Shown piece after piece: positions 16,711-31,222 of a DNA stretch of 64,000 nt (its first letter is position 1; each line of letters opens with the position of its first letter). A program made the translations under genes and the position numbers. The DNA comes from Sminthopsis crassicaudata (taxonomy: Eukaryota): positions 1,240,001 to 1,304,000 of the forward strand of contig NC_133623.1 of NCBI RefSeq assembly GCF_048593235.1, given 5' to 3'. Below the pieces are notes generated by a model that was given only the letters and a program-made list of their open reading frames with translations, made no database searches and was not told the DNA's origin.

Positions 16711-16716
16711 TTTATT
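16711..16716 (-). terminator. PQBP1 polyadenylation signal AATAAA (TTTATT on +)
   Basis: About 45 nt downstream of the PQBP1 stop codon on the minus strand. Confidence 0.7.
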
Positions 16717-16761
16717 ACGAACACGAGGGCTGGGGAGGGCTGGGGGAAGCTGCTGGCGGGC

Positions 16762-19284
<2,523 letters not shown>

Positions 19285-19399
19285 GGCTAGGCCTCGCGAC
19301 TGCGGTTCGTTCGTTCAGGGCGATCGGGAAGCTCTGCGGGTCCGCCCACTCAAGCCCGGTAGAACGGAGGTGGAGCAGAGCGACCGGCCTTTCTTGCCT

Positions 19400-19720
19400 G
19401 CGTTCTAGGGGGGAAGTTACCGGGTCCAGTCGCCGCGGTGACGTCACTTCCACCTCGGCCTTTTCCCCACCCCCCACCGTGGCTCACGAGCGGATAACTA
19501 GACCCTTCCAGGTCCAGCCCGCCCCTCGCCCTGCCTGTTGTGCGCATGTGCGTGCTTGTCAGCCAATGAGAGTGCAGCGGTTACGCGCGCCCCCCCCCTC
19601 CTCTTTTATCCTCGCTTCCGGAGGTTTCTTAGTCCGCACCAGTTCGGACTCGGCCTTCCCCTCGGCGCTCTCGTCACGTGTCACGGGCAGGTAGCCTGTG
19701 AGAGAGCGCGGAAGGCGCTT
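19400..19720. promoter_or_regulatory. Bidirectional PQBP1/TIMM17B CpG-island promoter
   Basis: Head-to-head genes. Palindromic CRE GTGACGTCAC 19438-19447, ETS CACTTCC, NRF1-like TGCGCATGTGCG 19541-19552, CCAAT about 19563, E-box CACGTG about 19675. Confidence 0.75.
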
Positions 19721-20038
19721 CTTTCTTCTTTGGTTCTGAAGACGACCTATGACTAAACGCGCAGAGGAACATTGGGGAGGGGCCAAGGGAAGAAACAGCC
19801 AATAAACACGCGGGACAGTTGCCCCGGCAACCTTTTAATACACAGGGGAGGGTGATAGATTGCGCAAGCGTCCAGCAACATCAGCGTCCCTTCTCCTGGT
19901 CCTAGGGGTGGAGTGCAGAAAGAGGCGGGAAGGGGGGAGGAGTCGGAGAGAGGGGCGAGTTGCGAGGCTTCTGGGTGGGACAATCGCCTTTGGAGTGGGC
20001 AGCCCGGATCCTGACAGAGGCTCTTGAGCTAGAGGGCT

Positions 20039-21821
20039 ATGGAGGAGTACGCACGTGAGCCCTGGTACGCGGTAGGGTGAGGGAGAGGCAGAGACGGGGC
20101 CGACATTTGAAGCCCCGGAGGAGGGGGAGTCTGGCCTTCATCGCTAGCCCCTCCCCCCGTCGGCGGCGCCACATTTGGTCTGTCCCAGGCCTGGGCCGAG
20201 ACCTTTCCTTTAGAGGCGGAGAGGGGGAGGGCTCGCGGCTGCTCTTGGAGCTTGACCTCTCCTGCTCCCCCGTGGCTGCGTCGGACCATTCTGGAGGGGG
20301 AGAGGGAGCTGGGACCTCTCAAAGTGGGAAGGGGACGGAGGGGCCGTGGCTAGGCAGCTGGCAGGCCCGACTAGGAGGACCCCCTCCCTCCTGCCTCTGC
20401 CCCTCCCCTCCCACTGCTGGGGATGCTCCCAGAGGCCTTCAGGGATGAGAGCAAGGGGAGGGGGCCCCTTCCAGCACAACTGGGACTTCTCTCACCCCCT
20501 GTCCGAACCTCTGCAGCCCCTGGAGGATTGTGGACGACTGCGGTGGGGCCTTCACCATGGGAGTCATCGGGGGAGGTGTCTTCCAGGCTGTCAAGGGCTT
20601 CCGCAATGCCCCAGTAGTGAGTCCCCTAAGCCTGTTTCCCCTTTCCTGTGAAATGCCCATGAGTTGGGAAGGAAAGCCAAGAAATTACTCCAAAGGGCCT
20701 GTCTCCCGTGATCCCCTAGTTGTCCTCCTACCTTCTACCCCACCCACACCTAAGTTGGGGCTGGGAGGACCCTTGCCACTGTTTGGAGGGGCCCTCGGTC
20801 ACTTGCTCGTCCTCGACCTGTCTCTGTTCCCTCCCAAGGGCATCCGGCACCGCTTCCGAGGTAGTATCAATGCAGTGAGAATCCGGGCTCCCCAGATTGG
20901 AGGTAAGGGCCCCTGATGGAACAGAGCGCAGAGACCTCAGCCTGGAAATGCCAAAAGCGGGACTGCACTTGGGGACAGTTGGTCAGGCTTGGAGCACAGT
21001 GGGGGAGGCTCCGAATGCCAAGCCCACCGTCCCTCTACCACCTCAAAACTCCTCTTCCAGGTAGCTTTGCTGTCTGGGGCGGCCTGTTCTCTACCATTGA
21101 TTGCGGGCTCGTCCGACTCCGTGGGAAGGAGGACCCATGGAATTCTATCACTAGTGGGGCTCTCACTGGTGCTGTGCTGGCAGCTCGGAGTGAGTGACTT
21201 TTGAATCGGCCTCCCCCCCAACTTCCATCCCTTCTTTCTCTCTTCAGCCTCAGAACTGTGGGGAGGTGGGTAGGGCAGTAGGCCCTGAGGGAGTCGGGCC
21301 GGTCACACACTCGCTTCCTGTTGCCAGGTGGGCCCCTGGCCATGGTTGGATCAGCCATGATGGGAGGAATCCTGCTGGCCCTGATTGAAGGTGTGGGCAT
21401 CCTCCTCACCCGCTACACAGCCCAGCAGTTCCGGAACAGTGAGTCACTCTCCTGAGGCCTGCTGAGGGGGTCTCCTGCCACCCCCTTCACTCCCCCTGCT
21501 CCGCTCAGACTACCCTGCCATCTGTCTCTTAGCTTGCCATCTCCCCAAAGGGCTCCCCTTCAGCCTTCCTCCTGTATTTGTCCCAGGACCATCGCTCCTC
21601 CCTTTCTCCCGCTGGTCCTGCTTTGGGCCTTAGTCTGCTTCCTGAATTTCTCTTTTGAGCTTCAGATCGCTCCCTTTTTCTGCATCTCAGCTCTACTATT
21701 CTCTCCTCTTTTCTCTTGTCATTTTCCAGCACCCCCCTTCCTGGAAGATCCTGGACAGCTGCCCCCCAAGGAAGGTTCTGCCCCGCCCCCCAGTTACCCG
21801 GGCTACGGACAGTACCAGTGA
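20039..21821 (+). CDS. TIMM17B: Mitochondrial inner membrane translocase subunit Tim17-B, about 173 aa
   Basis: Exons 20039-20064, 20517-20616, 20839-20902, 21061-21189, 21328-21438, 21730-21821 (522 nt). [41 protein letters not shown]...[28 protein letters not shown] at 22203-22208. Confidence 0.97.
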
Positions 21822-22539
21822 AGCCATCAGGCCACGGGGGGTGGGGAGGGGAGAATATGGGGAGAACAGGGGGACTCTTGGATCCTTGTGTTGGGGGGAA
21901 TGAACTGGATTCTTTCACTACCTCTCTGAGCTGGTGCTTCAAGGCAGGGGAGCCCTCAATGCCCCCACCCCCCCACCCTTGCTCCCAAGATTGGGGCTGG
22001 CTAGTTGGGGGTTCACATCATCTCAGGGAGTGTGACATACCTCAGGGAAGGGATTGCCATTCCTAGAGATGAGAGTTGGATTGGAGGGTGGGATCAACCC
22101 CTTCTAATTTCCCAAGAAATTAGTTAATCGAGACAAAGTCATTGTAGGCTTCCAGTTCATGTACACCACCACTTCCCCCCCCAACTCCAAACACCCCCCC
22201 CCAATAAAAAACAACCTGGCCCTTTCTCCCTTCCGGTTTTTCATCACCAGATTTCTCCCTCTTCATTTAAAGCTGGTTCTGAAAGCTACGCGTGTCTTTT
22301 TTTCTATCGCCGCGGCCGAAAAAGAGAGTCACGTATTGCCGATGAATCCCTGGGGGGGGGGGGGGGGGGGGGGAAGGAAGGGAAAATGTTACTGGGAAGA
22401 GGAGGATGCTTGGGACAGGTCGTCCCTCCCACTGGCAGCCTCAGTATTGTGTCACCTACTTCTGGTGCCAGAGCCAGGAGGTAATGGCTATAGGTTAAGT
22501 GACTTCAGGTTAGGGTTATGGGAACAACCCTATTTTTAA

Positions 22540-23050
22540 TACAATATACATTTATGTACAATATTTAATAACATAATATTCAATATAACATAATAACCCT
22601 GTCTTTATGGGAATAAAGACCTGAAAGTTTGTTGCCCTGTTGAGCCGAAGCGGAGTGAATTCTCACTGAGTCATCTTGGAGCCAAGTGGCTCTGAACACT
22701 GGCTCCAACCCTGCTGTGGACTCTGGGATATTGAGCTCACGAAGCTCTCGTCACCCCAACTTCAGTAACCCTTCTGGGCCTGGAGAAGTCAGGGTGACGC
22801 AAGCCAGCGGTTGCTCCAGGGGGCTGACGGCACCGCTGAAGCCAAATACAGACCCGTTAGAGCTTGAGAAGCCCAGTGGCTTTGGAGCAAGAATGTCTAA
22901 CTTCCATTTAACACCTTTGTAACCTGGGGCACACGCTCTGTGGACCGTCCTCCTGCCAAGCAAACTACTTAGACTTCGTCTCCAAACTTCCTTCCAGCTC
23001 CACAAACCTGTGTTTTATTTCTTAAAGCCCAGTGGTGTCCATAAGCCACT
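22540..23050 (+). mobile_element. Possible LTR 3' end followed by ERV leader fragment
   Basis: AATAAA about 22611, LTR-like end ...GTGAATTC...CTCTGAACA, then CTGGCTCCAAC resembling a tRNA-Lys primer-binding site (TGGCGCCCAAC). Boundaries uncertain. Confidence 0.35.
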
Positions 23051-25783
23051 AACGAAATCAAACCCAAGAACAGAATTTTGTCAAAGAAAGCGAAGATGAT
23101 GTACCCAGAGGTAGGAGATGAAGCTGTTTCGGGCCAGCCCCCCTGCTACTTAGGTCTGATGTTGGAAAGAGAAAAAATTTTAAAAAGGTACCCGTAGGTC
23201 CAGTTCACCAAGGGAGATTTGTGCCGCTACAAGAGGCCACTCCCTGGAACAGTGCGTTGACTTGCAGCTGAGTGAAGCTTCCTTGCCCATGGTGAGCCTT
23301 GTTGGGGCTGCTCTGTATTCAGGAAGTGAGGAAACGGGGATGGCGGGCTCAGCTCTTGGACCCCTCAGCTAACCAGGCCTAGAGGATGTTTCAGTACTGT
23401 TTAAGGCAAGCCGGCTAGCCCTGCCCGCGAAGAGGGGCTGGGATGTCACTCCTGGCCCTTCCGCCTTGGAAGGGCAAGTTCCTCAAGGTCTCTTAGAAGA
23501 AAGGTGTCCAAGCTGTATAGAAGTGGGTTGCTTGGCACGCTTGGAAAGCTACATGGTAACAGCCACTTGGGATTTGGCTCTTGTTCCATGTTTCCGGGTG
23601 ATATTTGAATCTGCTTGGGGCAGAGCTTGGGAGGAGGTTGCAGGCCACCCATCGAATGCCTCTGTTGGAGGGGACCTGAGGGCTGCCGATAGGCAACTTT
23701 GACCTCAGGGATTCCAGGAGTCAAATACCTGCAGGAGGAGGAGGGAGGTTACCAACGAGCCTCGGTGGTTCAGAGCGGGATCGGTGTCTCAGTGTATTCC
23801 GAGCAGCAGCAGGAACATTGGCGACGCTTTGGTGCTATCACCCCTTTTGCCTCAGGAGTGCAGGGGGAGGGACCCTGCCAAATCTTTGCCTGATGAGAGG
23901 CATTCTGCAGGGGCCTCGCAGGTCCTCTCCCGTCCTGTCCATTGCCACCCCTTGGTGGTCTTTGTGGAGAAGGGTTGGCTGGTTTGACATCATAGTGAGT
24001 GGTGAGCTAGAACAGGCTTGCCTTTTGCCATTCCACTTTCCAGGGCTCCCTTTTCTCCAACTAGCCTCCTAGGAGTTGGCATCTCTCCCTACTCTTCAGC
24101 CCCCACTAATGGGGCCCAGAAGTGTACCCCCTGTGCCAGGACAGAAGGACTCGAACTTTCCTGCACTGTAACAGACCTAAGCGCTGCTGTGGCCCAACTC
24201 GGCCCTGCTCTGCAGGAGGCCTCTGGGACCTGCACAGCCACAGCCCTCCCCTCTGCTGGAGTGCTTTGCACCCCGAGTCGGTCCCACTATACTGGAGCAA
24301 GGGCACGATGTACAAACAGTAACTATTTGGATTTCTATATTGGTGTCCTCAAAGCCTTTGAGTAGTTTAGAAAATTCTGAGAATTGAGCACTGCCTGTAC
24401 CGGGCACCATGCTGGGCCAGGGAATATTGCCCGTGAGCCAAGTTTGCAAACGAGGTGTGCTCCCACACTGGGCCTCAGCAACAAGAGCCCGGCCTCCCAC
24501 AAGGCATCTCAAGGAGGGCAACACAGAAGGCCGCGCAGTGGAAGGCGAAGAGCACTCAGAACACCATGGACAATTGAAAAACAGAGTGGCGGCACTGCAG
24601 AGATCCTGAGGGACAATCAGAGAGAGTGAGGTCCGGCCCCAGCAGCCAACCTCCATCCAGTATATCCCAAGGAAGACACGGTGCAGTCGAAATCCAGAAG
24701 AGCACGCAGGAAGGTGTGGAGCCCTGGGAATGGCCAAGCCAGGCCGGCACGGGGCACCTTTGGCATGGCACTGCTTTGTTCCAGAGCTTCATCAGCAAAC
24801 AGATCCTTCACATGTCAAGCGAAAATGGAATCAATCACATAAGAAACGAGAGACAAAGCAGAGGCTTTTGTTTTATTTGAACCATTTCACAACACTGAGC
24901 TGGAGTCCAAAAAGATAGGATGATTCCAGGATGACGTGAAGCTCCCTTCTCTCCTTTTCTCACCAGCACCTCCCCTCACACAGGCCCCTCAGTTGCCCAA
25001 ACTTGGGCTTGTGATGCCCAAGTCATCGAGTTAGCATGGTGACTAGGGCAGCCTCTAGGTCTTTCTGGTTAGTAACTTTCCTTCCTCGGGGGGGGGGGGG
25101 GGGGGGAGTAGAATCAGCCCCACCCCAAGGCATGCTGACAACCTTGACCTTTTCTCCATCACTTTCTTAAGTCTAGGCAAACCTCAAATCAGTCAATCCT
25201 TGATCTGTTTATCTCATTCCATTGTGTCCGATTCTATTTAGGGTTTTCTTGCCATTTTCTCCTCTAACACATTTTACAGATGAGGAAACTGAGGCACAGA
25301 GGCCCAAGCAATTTGCTTTAGGGTGACGCAGCTAGTGAGTGAAGTCATATTTGAACTCGGGAAGATCACTCTTCCTGCCTCCAGGGCCAGCGCTGCCCTA
25401 TCAACTGCAGCATCACCCAACTGCCACAAATACCCTAATTTCTGGGGTTATAGTAAATCATCACACTGAAAGCATAATGGGGGACTCAGTCTGAACTGGC
25501 TCCAGCACACTCCTGGCTTTAATCCAGTCTTTTCACTTATGGAAATACGCCATTCACACCAAGGGCAGAATGAGAGACTGAGGAAAGGTTGGGCTGCCGA
25601 AGGGCCCCGGGGGCCCCAGCGTGGCAGTTAGGATGTGGTAGACAAGGGAGATGGCAAAAAGATTAAAAAGGGGCAAAAGTGCCTTCAAGCACTCTGTTGC
25701 CCAGGGCCATATAAAGGTTTTGGGCATGCTTTGCTGCCCAGGGCTGCGTAAGAATCCTGGGCATGCTTTTGCAGGGGGTCTTA

Positions 25784-26155
25784 NNNNNNNNNNNNNNNNN
25801 NNNNNNNNNNNNNNNNNNNNNNNNNNNNNNNNNNNNNNNNNNNNNNNNNNNNNNNNNNNNNNNNNNNNNNNNNNNNNNNNNNNNNNNNNNNNNNNNNNNN
25901 NNNNNNNNNNNNNNNNNNNNNNNNNNNNNNNNNNNNNNNNNNNNNNNNNNNNNNNNNNNNNNNNNNNNNNNNNNNNNNNNNNNNNNNNNNNNNNNNNNNN
26001 NNNNNNNNNNNNNNNNNNNNNNNNNNNNNNNNNNNNNNNNNNNNNNNNNNNNNNNNNNNNNNNNNNNNNNNNNNNNNNNNNNNNNNNNNNNNNNNNNNNN
26101 NNNNNNNNNNNNNNNNNNNNNNNNNNNNNNNNNNNNNNNNNNNNNNNNNNNNNNN
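25784..26155. other. Assembly gap (N run)
   Basis: 372 N. Confidence 1.
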
Positions 26156-26889
26156 GTCTGAGACCAGATTTGAACCTGGATCCTCCTGACTTGAGGGCTG
26201 GGGAGCTATCCACTGTACCCCCTGGCTACCCCTACATTTTCTTTTCAAAGAAATAGTCTTCTCCCTCTGGCACTTTCCTTTCCCTAGCCTCCACTGAGAA
26301 AGCCAGAAAAACAAGCCCCTGTTAGATTGGAGAGTCACACAAAACAATTTCTCACCAGCCAGGTCTAAAAGCGATGTGTCTCACTTCATGCCCAGAGCCC
26401 TTCAGTCGAGGTAGGAGGTGGCAGCCCCTGGAATGCTGATTGGTCATTCCGTGGATCAGTCTCCCCAACTTTTACAAACTTCACTTTATTGCCTTCTCAT
26501 GCTCCCACTTTGGCTCCTGTGGTCTGCCCCCACTACTGTTGAGGACACAGATGGGCTGGGCCCACTAGAGCTACATTGGCTGTGCCCATTCTGCTTTGAG
26601 GGGCCTCTGCTCTCCAGCAAGAGGCGCCATCCCGAGTCCTCTGTGATCACGGCTGGTCACTCTGCCGAGAAGAGTTCGGCTCAGTGATGTTCCGTCACAG
26701 TTGAAGGTGTACAGGGTGTTCAGGAGGACAAACCCCTCTGGTTGGAAGGCTTCTGGGGGCTGCTCAGCCTCCTTTAGTGTCTACCTCTCCCATCTCTCCC
26801 CGGTGGCTCCAGGAAGCTATAAGGTGTGCTGTAGCCAGATCCTAGTTAAAAAAAAAAAAAAAAAAAAAAAGCTTTGGCAAACAAGCTAA

Positions 26890-28480
26890 ACCTGGGTGAG
26901 TGAGTGAGGGTAGGTGCTGGTCCTCAAACCCATCAGGGGATTAGGGGAAATGTCTCCCCCTAAGCCCATAAAGAATTTGCTGGCAGAATGGGCAGATGCG
27001 AATGATATGGTAGTTCCAATGGCCATGGAGGCAGCTGAAACAGGTGCCATGGAGGACAGTGAAGACGCATCCTGGGGCCTTGCCAGGCAGTTCGACGGCT
27101 CTGTCTCACCACTGGACCCTGACGACAGCAACAGAAAGTGAGGCTGATGACTTTGGGCACGTCTGCCTCACTTGCATCATTTTCATGCCAGTCAAAAGAT
27201 AGCACCCGTACCGTTTTCCCACTTTTACCCACCTCAAAGACCTGTGGCGACAGGCAAGTGAGGAAGCAGCAGGAGCACTGGGAGACGGAGTCACAATCCT
27301 ATGGACCGATGGCCGAGGCCATGGGGTCATCTCACCAGAGTGAAGCGGCAGTGGGGTTTGGCAGCCCCTTTGCTTGAGCGAGCAGCCCGTTTTAAGGGCC
27401 CTGTTGCTTACCTGGAGTGAGGAAGGGGCTAGAAAATATGCCCTAAAAACCGCTGGCTTCATCTAACCTTTCCTAGTAACCTACGGAGTGAAGCAAGACC
27501 AGCTGCTTTATAGGGTGACCCTTTCTGTGGGGACAAACCACTGCAAAAGGCTATGGGCCAAGACTGAGGCAGAGGGAGAGTCGGGGCGGGACTTTTTGTT
27601 CAAAGATGACCGTGCACTCGATTCGGCTTCGGAGGCCAAAAGCACGGACCGATTCTCTGCTGCTTGGGCTGATTTTGGCCTAACAATCAACACTAAGAAG
27701 ACACAGGTTCCAAAGCAGCCAGCGCCACATCATCCAGATGCAGCAAATGGAGCGATTGGGAATGCTTCAGATAAATCTCTTACTTTGGCAGTGCAGTTCA
27801 CAAGGGCGTAGATACACATCTGACAGGCTGGGTGCATAGTTGATGCCCACATTGCCAGAGCTAGCCCAGTGTTTAGGAGGCTCCGAAGAAAAGTGTGGAA
27901 AAGAGGTATTATTAGGCTGCCTACCAAAATAAACAGGGCCATTGTGCTGACCTCACTGTATACCAGTGAAACCAGGCTGGGAAAAATGAAGCGATTCCAT
28001 TTTAATTGTCTCAGGAAGATGCTGAAGATCGCCTGACAAGATAAGGCAGCTGATACCGAGGTTCTCTCTGGAGCCGAACTGCCGAGTGTTCAAGATCTAC
28101 TGCAGAGAGAGCCCGATTCTCCTGGGCTGGCCAAACGTGCAATTGCCTAAAAGACTTTTACAGAGAACTCACGGAGCCAGTGTTCACATGGAGATCAGAA
28201 GAAGCAATACAAAGATACTCTTAAGGTCTCTCTGAAGTAATTTGGAGCTGATTGTGAGCCATGACAAACACCAGGCCACGACTGCCCACTGTGGCCTGCC
28301 CACATTCAAGAAGGCACTGTGCTCTCTGAGCAAAGTAGAATTGCAGTAGCTCAAAAGAAACTTAGAGAACGTTCCACTCCAAGTTCGTATTGGTCTGACT
28401 GGCCACAGTCAGACACCTTGCACCTTGACCCTGACGCCACCAAAGTCATTTTGGTCCTCTTCAATTATGAAAGACAACAA
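26890..28480 (+). mobile_element. Internally deleted RTE-clade LINE (marsupial RTE/MAR1-related)
   Basis: 5' part resembles MAR1/RTE (AGTGAGGCTGATGACTTTG...CTCTGCCTCACTT-like). RT fragment DFLFKDDRALDSASEAKSTDRFSAAWADFGLTINTKKTQV. Typical 3' end TTGGTCCTCTTC...GACAACAA at about 28450-28480. Confidence 0.8.
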
Positions 28481-28685
28481 TCAATCATAATTTGTTCATC
28501 TATTCCCAAGTTATGGACACCCTCAAAAACTGGCGTTCTTTGTCACCTCAAAAAGAACTAGTTTGGTGCATTCTTAGAGGAGGTTTTACTTCGAATGAAT
28601 CCTTTAATATGCCCTTCCTCTAATTCCTATTTTCCTCTTTTCCAGAAGCTAGTTCCTTGTTGAATGAAATTGTATTTCTATTCTC

Positions 28686-28687
<2 letters not shown>

Positions 28688-28743
<56 letters not shown>
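28688..28743. repeat. (TG)n microsatellite
   Basis: Direct reading. Confidence 0.95.
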
Positions 28744-28745
<2 letters not shown>

Positions 28746-28929
28746 TTTCCCTCTTTTCACCAGTTCGGATTGAGAGTGAGATTCAAGTGTCAGCCGCTTC
28801 CCTCTCTTATGTGTTTATAGAGATATCTATTTGTGTACCCTGACCATGGGAGATATTTTTTCCTAATCTTCCCTCCTCCTCTAAAGTTTATTCCTCTTCC
28901 TCTCATTGTTTTCCTAAGATCAAGATATA

Positions 28930-29300
28930 ACATTCAATTTTATTTCATTTTCAGTTCTAGAGTGTTTCTGCCCACTACCCATCTCCCACCCATTGAGAAA
29001 ACCCATTACAAACACAAAGTCATGCAAAGCAAATTTCCACATTAGCCATGTTGGGGGGGGGGGGGAAGGGAAAAATATGCTTCACTTTGGCCCTTGAGTC
29101 CATCTGTCTGGAGGTGAATCCTTTGGAACCATGGCTGCTCACTGAGCAGAGGAGTCAAGACTTTTAAAGTTGATATCTTTTCGATGTTGCTGGCTTCCTG
29201 TACCTGGTTGCTTTTTCTATGAGATACTTGACACTTTTCCCCCCCAGCCTTTTGTCTTTGTTTTAATGGAGACATTGGCTTCCATTGAATCAACTCTTAT
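28930..29300 (-). mobile_element. Old marsupial L1 3' UTR fragment
   Basis: Recognition of the inverted L1 3'-end pattern (T-rich start, ...GCAAATTTCCACATTAGCCATG..., ...AAAGTTGAT...). Confidence 0.45.
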
Positions 29301-29312
29301 TTTCAAGGAGCT

Positions 29313-29965
29313 TGTTGCTTAAGCCAAGGTTTTGTACCTCATTGTTGTTCTGCCCAGAAGACTCCCCAGTTTGGTCAGAGAAGCCTTGTGACTCCAAATG
29401 ACCCTTTCTTCGGAAAGGGGAAAAAACCCCCATGAATTCCTTTTATGTTGGCTTGGAAGTGGCTTGGGGTCCCTTTAAGAAACTGTATTTCCTACTGATC
29501 TGTGGCCCCTTTGAGAGTCCAGCCCCTCTGGGCTGAGGCATATCTTCCCCAGACAAAGCTGTCTTTCCTGGATGCCAGAGCCTTTGATTCCTGGCCAAAG
29601 AGCACCCCCTTGAATTCCAATAGGAGATCTGGGCTTGTCCCAGCCCCCACTGGATTTGAGCCAACTTGGGCTCTCCCAGCCCCCACTGGTTCTGATCTGC
29701 TTGGGCTTCCCAACCTCGACCAAGACAACCAATATAATGAGCTTCCGTCAACTAAGGGCTTTTGCAGATGCACGTCAGTAGCTCACTCAGCTCCAGGACG
29801 TTCTGTCCACTGAGAACTGCATTCCCTCAGTGCAAAACTCCACTTTCATAGATCTGCCACTATGGAAGTCAGTCTCTTGCGAAACTGATTTCTATCTAAC
29901 AATAAACTTTCATCTTGCAACTAATATTTGGGAATGAGTGAATTCCTTCACTCCTAGAACCCACG
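29313..29965 (+). mobile_element. Solo ERV LTR, about 650 bp
   Basis: Starts TGTTG; TATA-like AATATAA about 29730; AATAAA about 29920; ends GAGTGAATTCC...GAACCCAC; internal duplicated CCCAGCCCCCACTGG. No TSD found. Confidence 0.65.
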
Positions 29966-31118
29966 GCGGATTTAATGGGGATTCTTAATAACTCTCTTAT
30001 AGCCACTAACCTCTAGACCACCAGGGATCGAGACCAGGGGTCCTCAAACTACGGCCCCCGGGGCCAGATGCGGCCCGCTGAGGACCTTTATCAACCTAGA
30101 CTCAAGTTAGCAACGCACGCTTCAGGCACTGGGCTGAGGCGGAGGAGACAGCGTGTGAGGCGATACCGAGGTGAGGTGAGTTCCCAGGCCGGGGTGTATG
30201 GTGTGGGGAAGGGAGAGAGATGCAGAAGACGGAGAACTGACGGCCCACGGCCTTGTAAAGTAACAGAAGCCACCACAACAGACAGGCACGAGGGATGTAC
30301 GGTCCATGCTGCGCATGTCACGGCCGCTGCAGGAGCAATATATGGGCTGTGTCTGGTGTGCGGGCATAGTCACAGTCAGTACTACAAGTCCCAGCGTGAC
30401 TCTATCATTGTCACGATGCTGTAATGACAGTGTAACGGCTTCCTCTCTAGCGCGTGTTGCAGTACTGACTGCTATTGTCGCCCAGAGTGAGGCTCCTGGT
30501 ACCAGGCCGTGGCCCTGTATCCATAGTGACCTCATGTCTGGCTGTTGCGGTCATCAGTTTTATCATTGTGTGTATGTTCTGTAGTTTCATAAAGAGATGG
30601 AATATTGCGAACATGTCATCGCCTTATAATCACTGGGGGTCTGACCTTAGTGCCCCCCACTTATCCTGAGTATGAGGGGCGCAGAGCTGGTGTGCTGCTT
30701 CATCCCCCTCCACATTCTTAAGGTCCTCATACACTTGTGCAGCTTCAAGTCACATGATCACCTCCCCCGGAAGCCCCAATGTACGCTTTGTCACTGAAGC
30801 TCATTAGCACATACAATGTACCGCGCAGTTATATACACATGTGCACAGTCTTGCCTGCGATTATGATAAATTACGAGTGCAGCACGTTCGATCATGCAGC
30901 GTTGGATCATGAGAATTGATCCCAGGACTCAGAGGAAGCCAGGGCGTCTGGGAGGGCCGCCTGAGCGGTGACTTGTGGGCAGTGAAGGTCTGAAGCGGGA
31001 GAGAAAGTACGGGAAACGGAGGCATCCCAGCACAGAGGCAGCTTGGAGGGAGTTGGGCCTTGCAGTCTGTATGTCTCTGTGTGGGCAAAGCTATTGCTGG
31101 TATATTGTATTTGTAGCG

Positions 31119-31121
<3 letters not shown>

Positions 31122-31164
<43 letters not shown>
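31122..31164. repeat. (TG)n microsatellite inside the hAT element upstream of the transposase
   Basis: Direct reading. Confidence 0.9.
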
Positions 31165-31167
<3 letters not shown>

Positions 31168-31222
31168 CATACATATATATATTGATATTTTACTAACAGC
31201 AATTTGGAATCCCTTAGAAATA

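Noticed and set aside
25554-26347. ORFs containing long X runs
   Set aside because: They only span the assembly gap.
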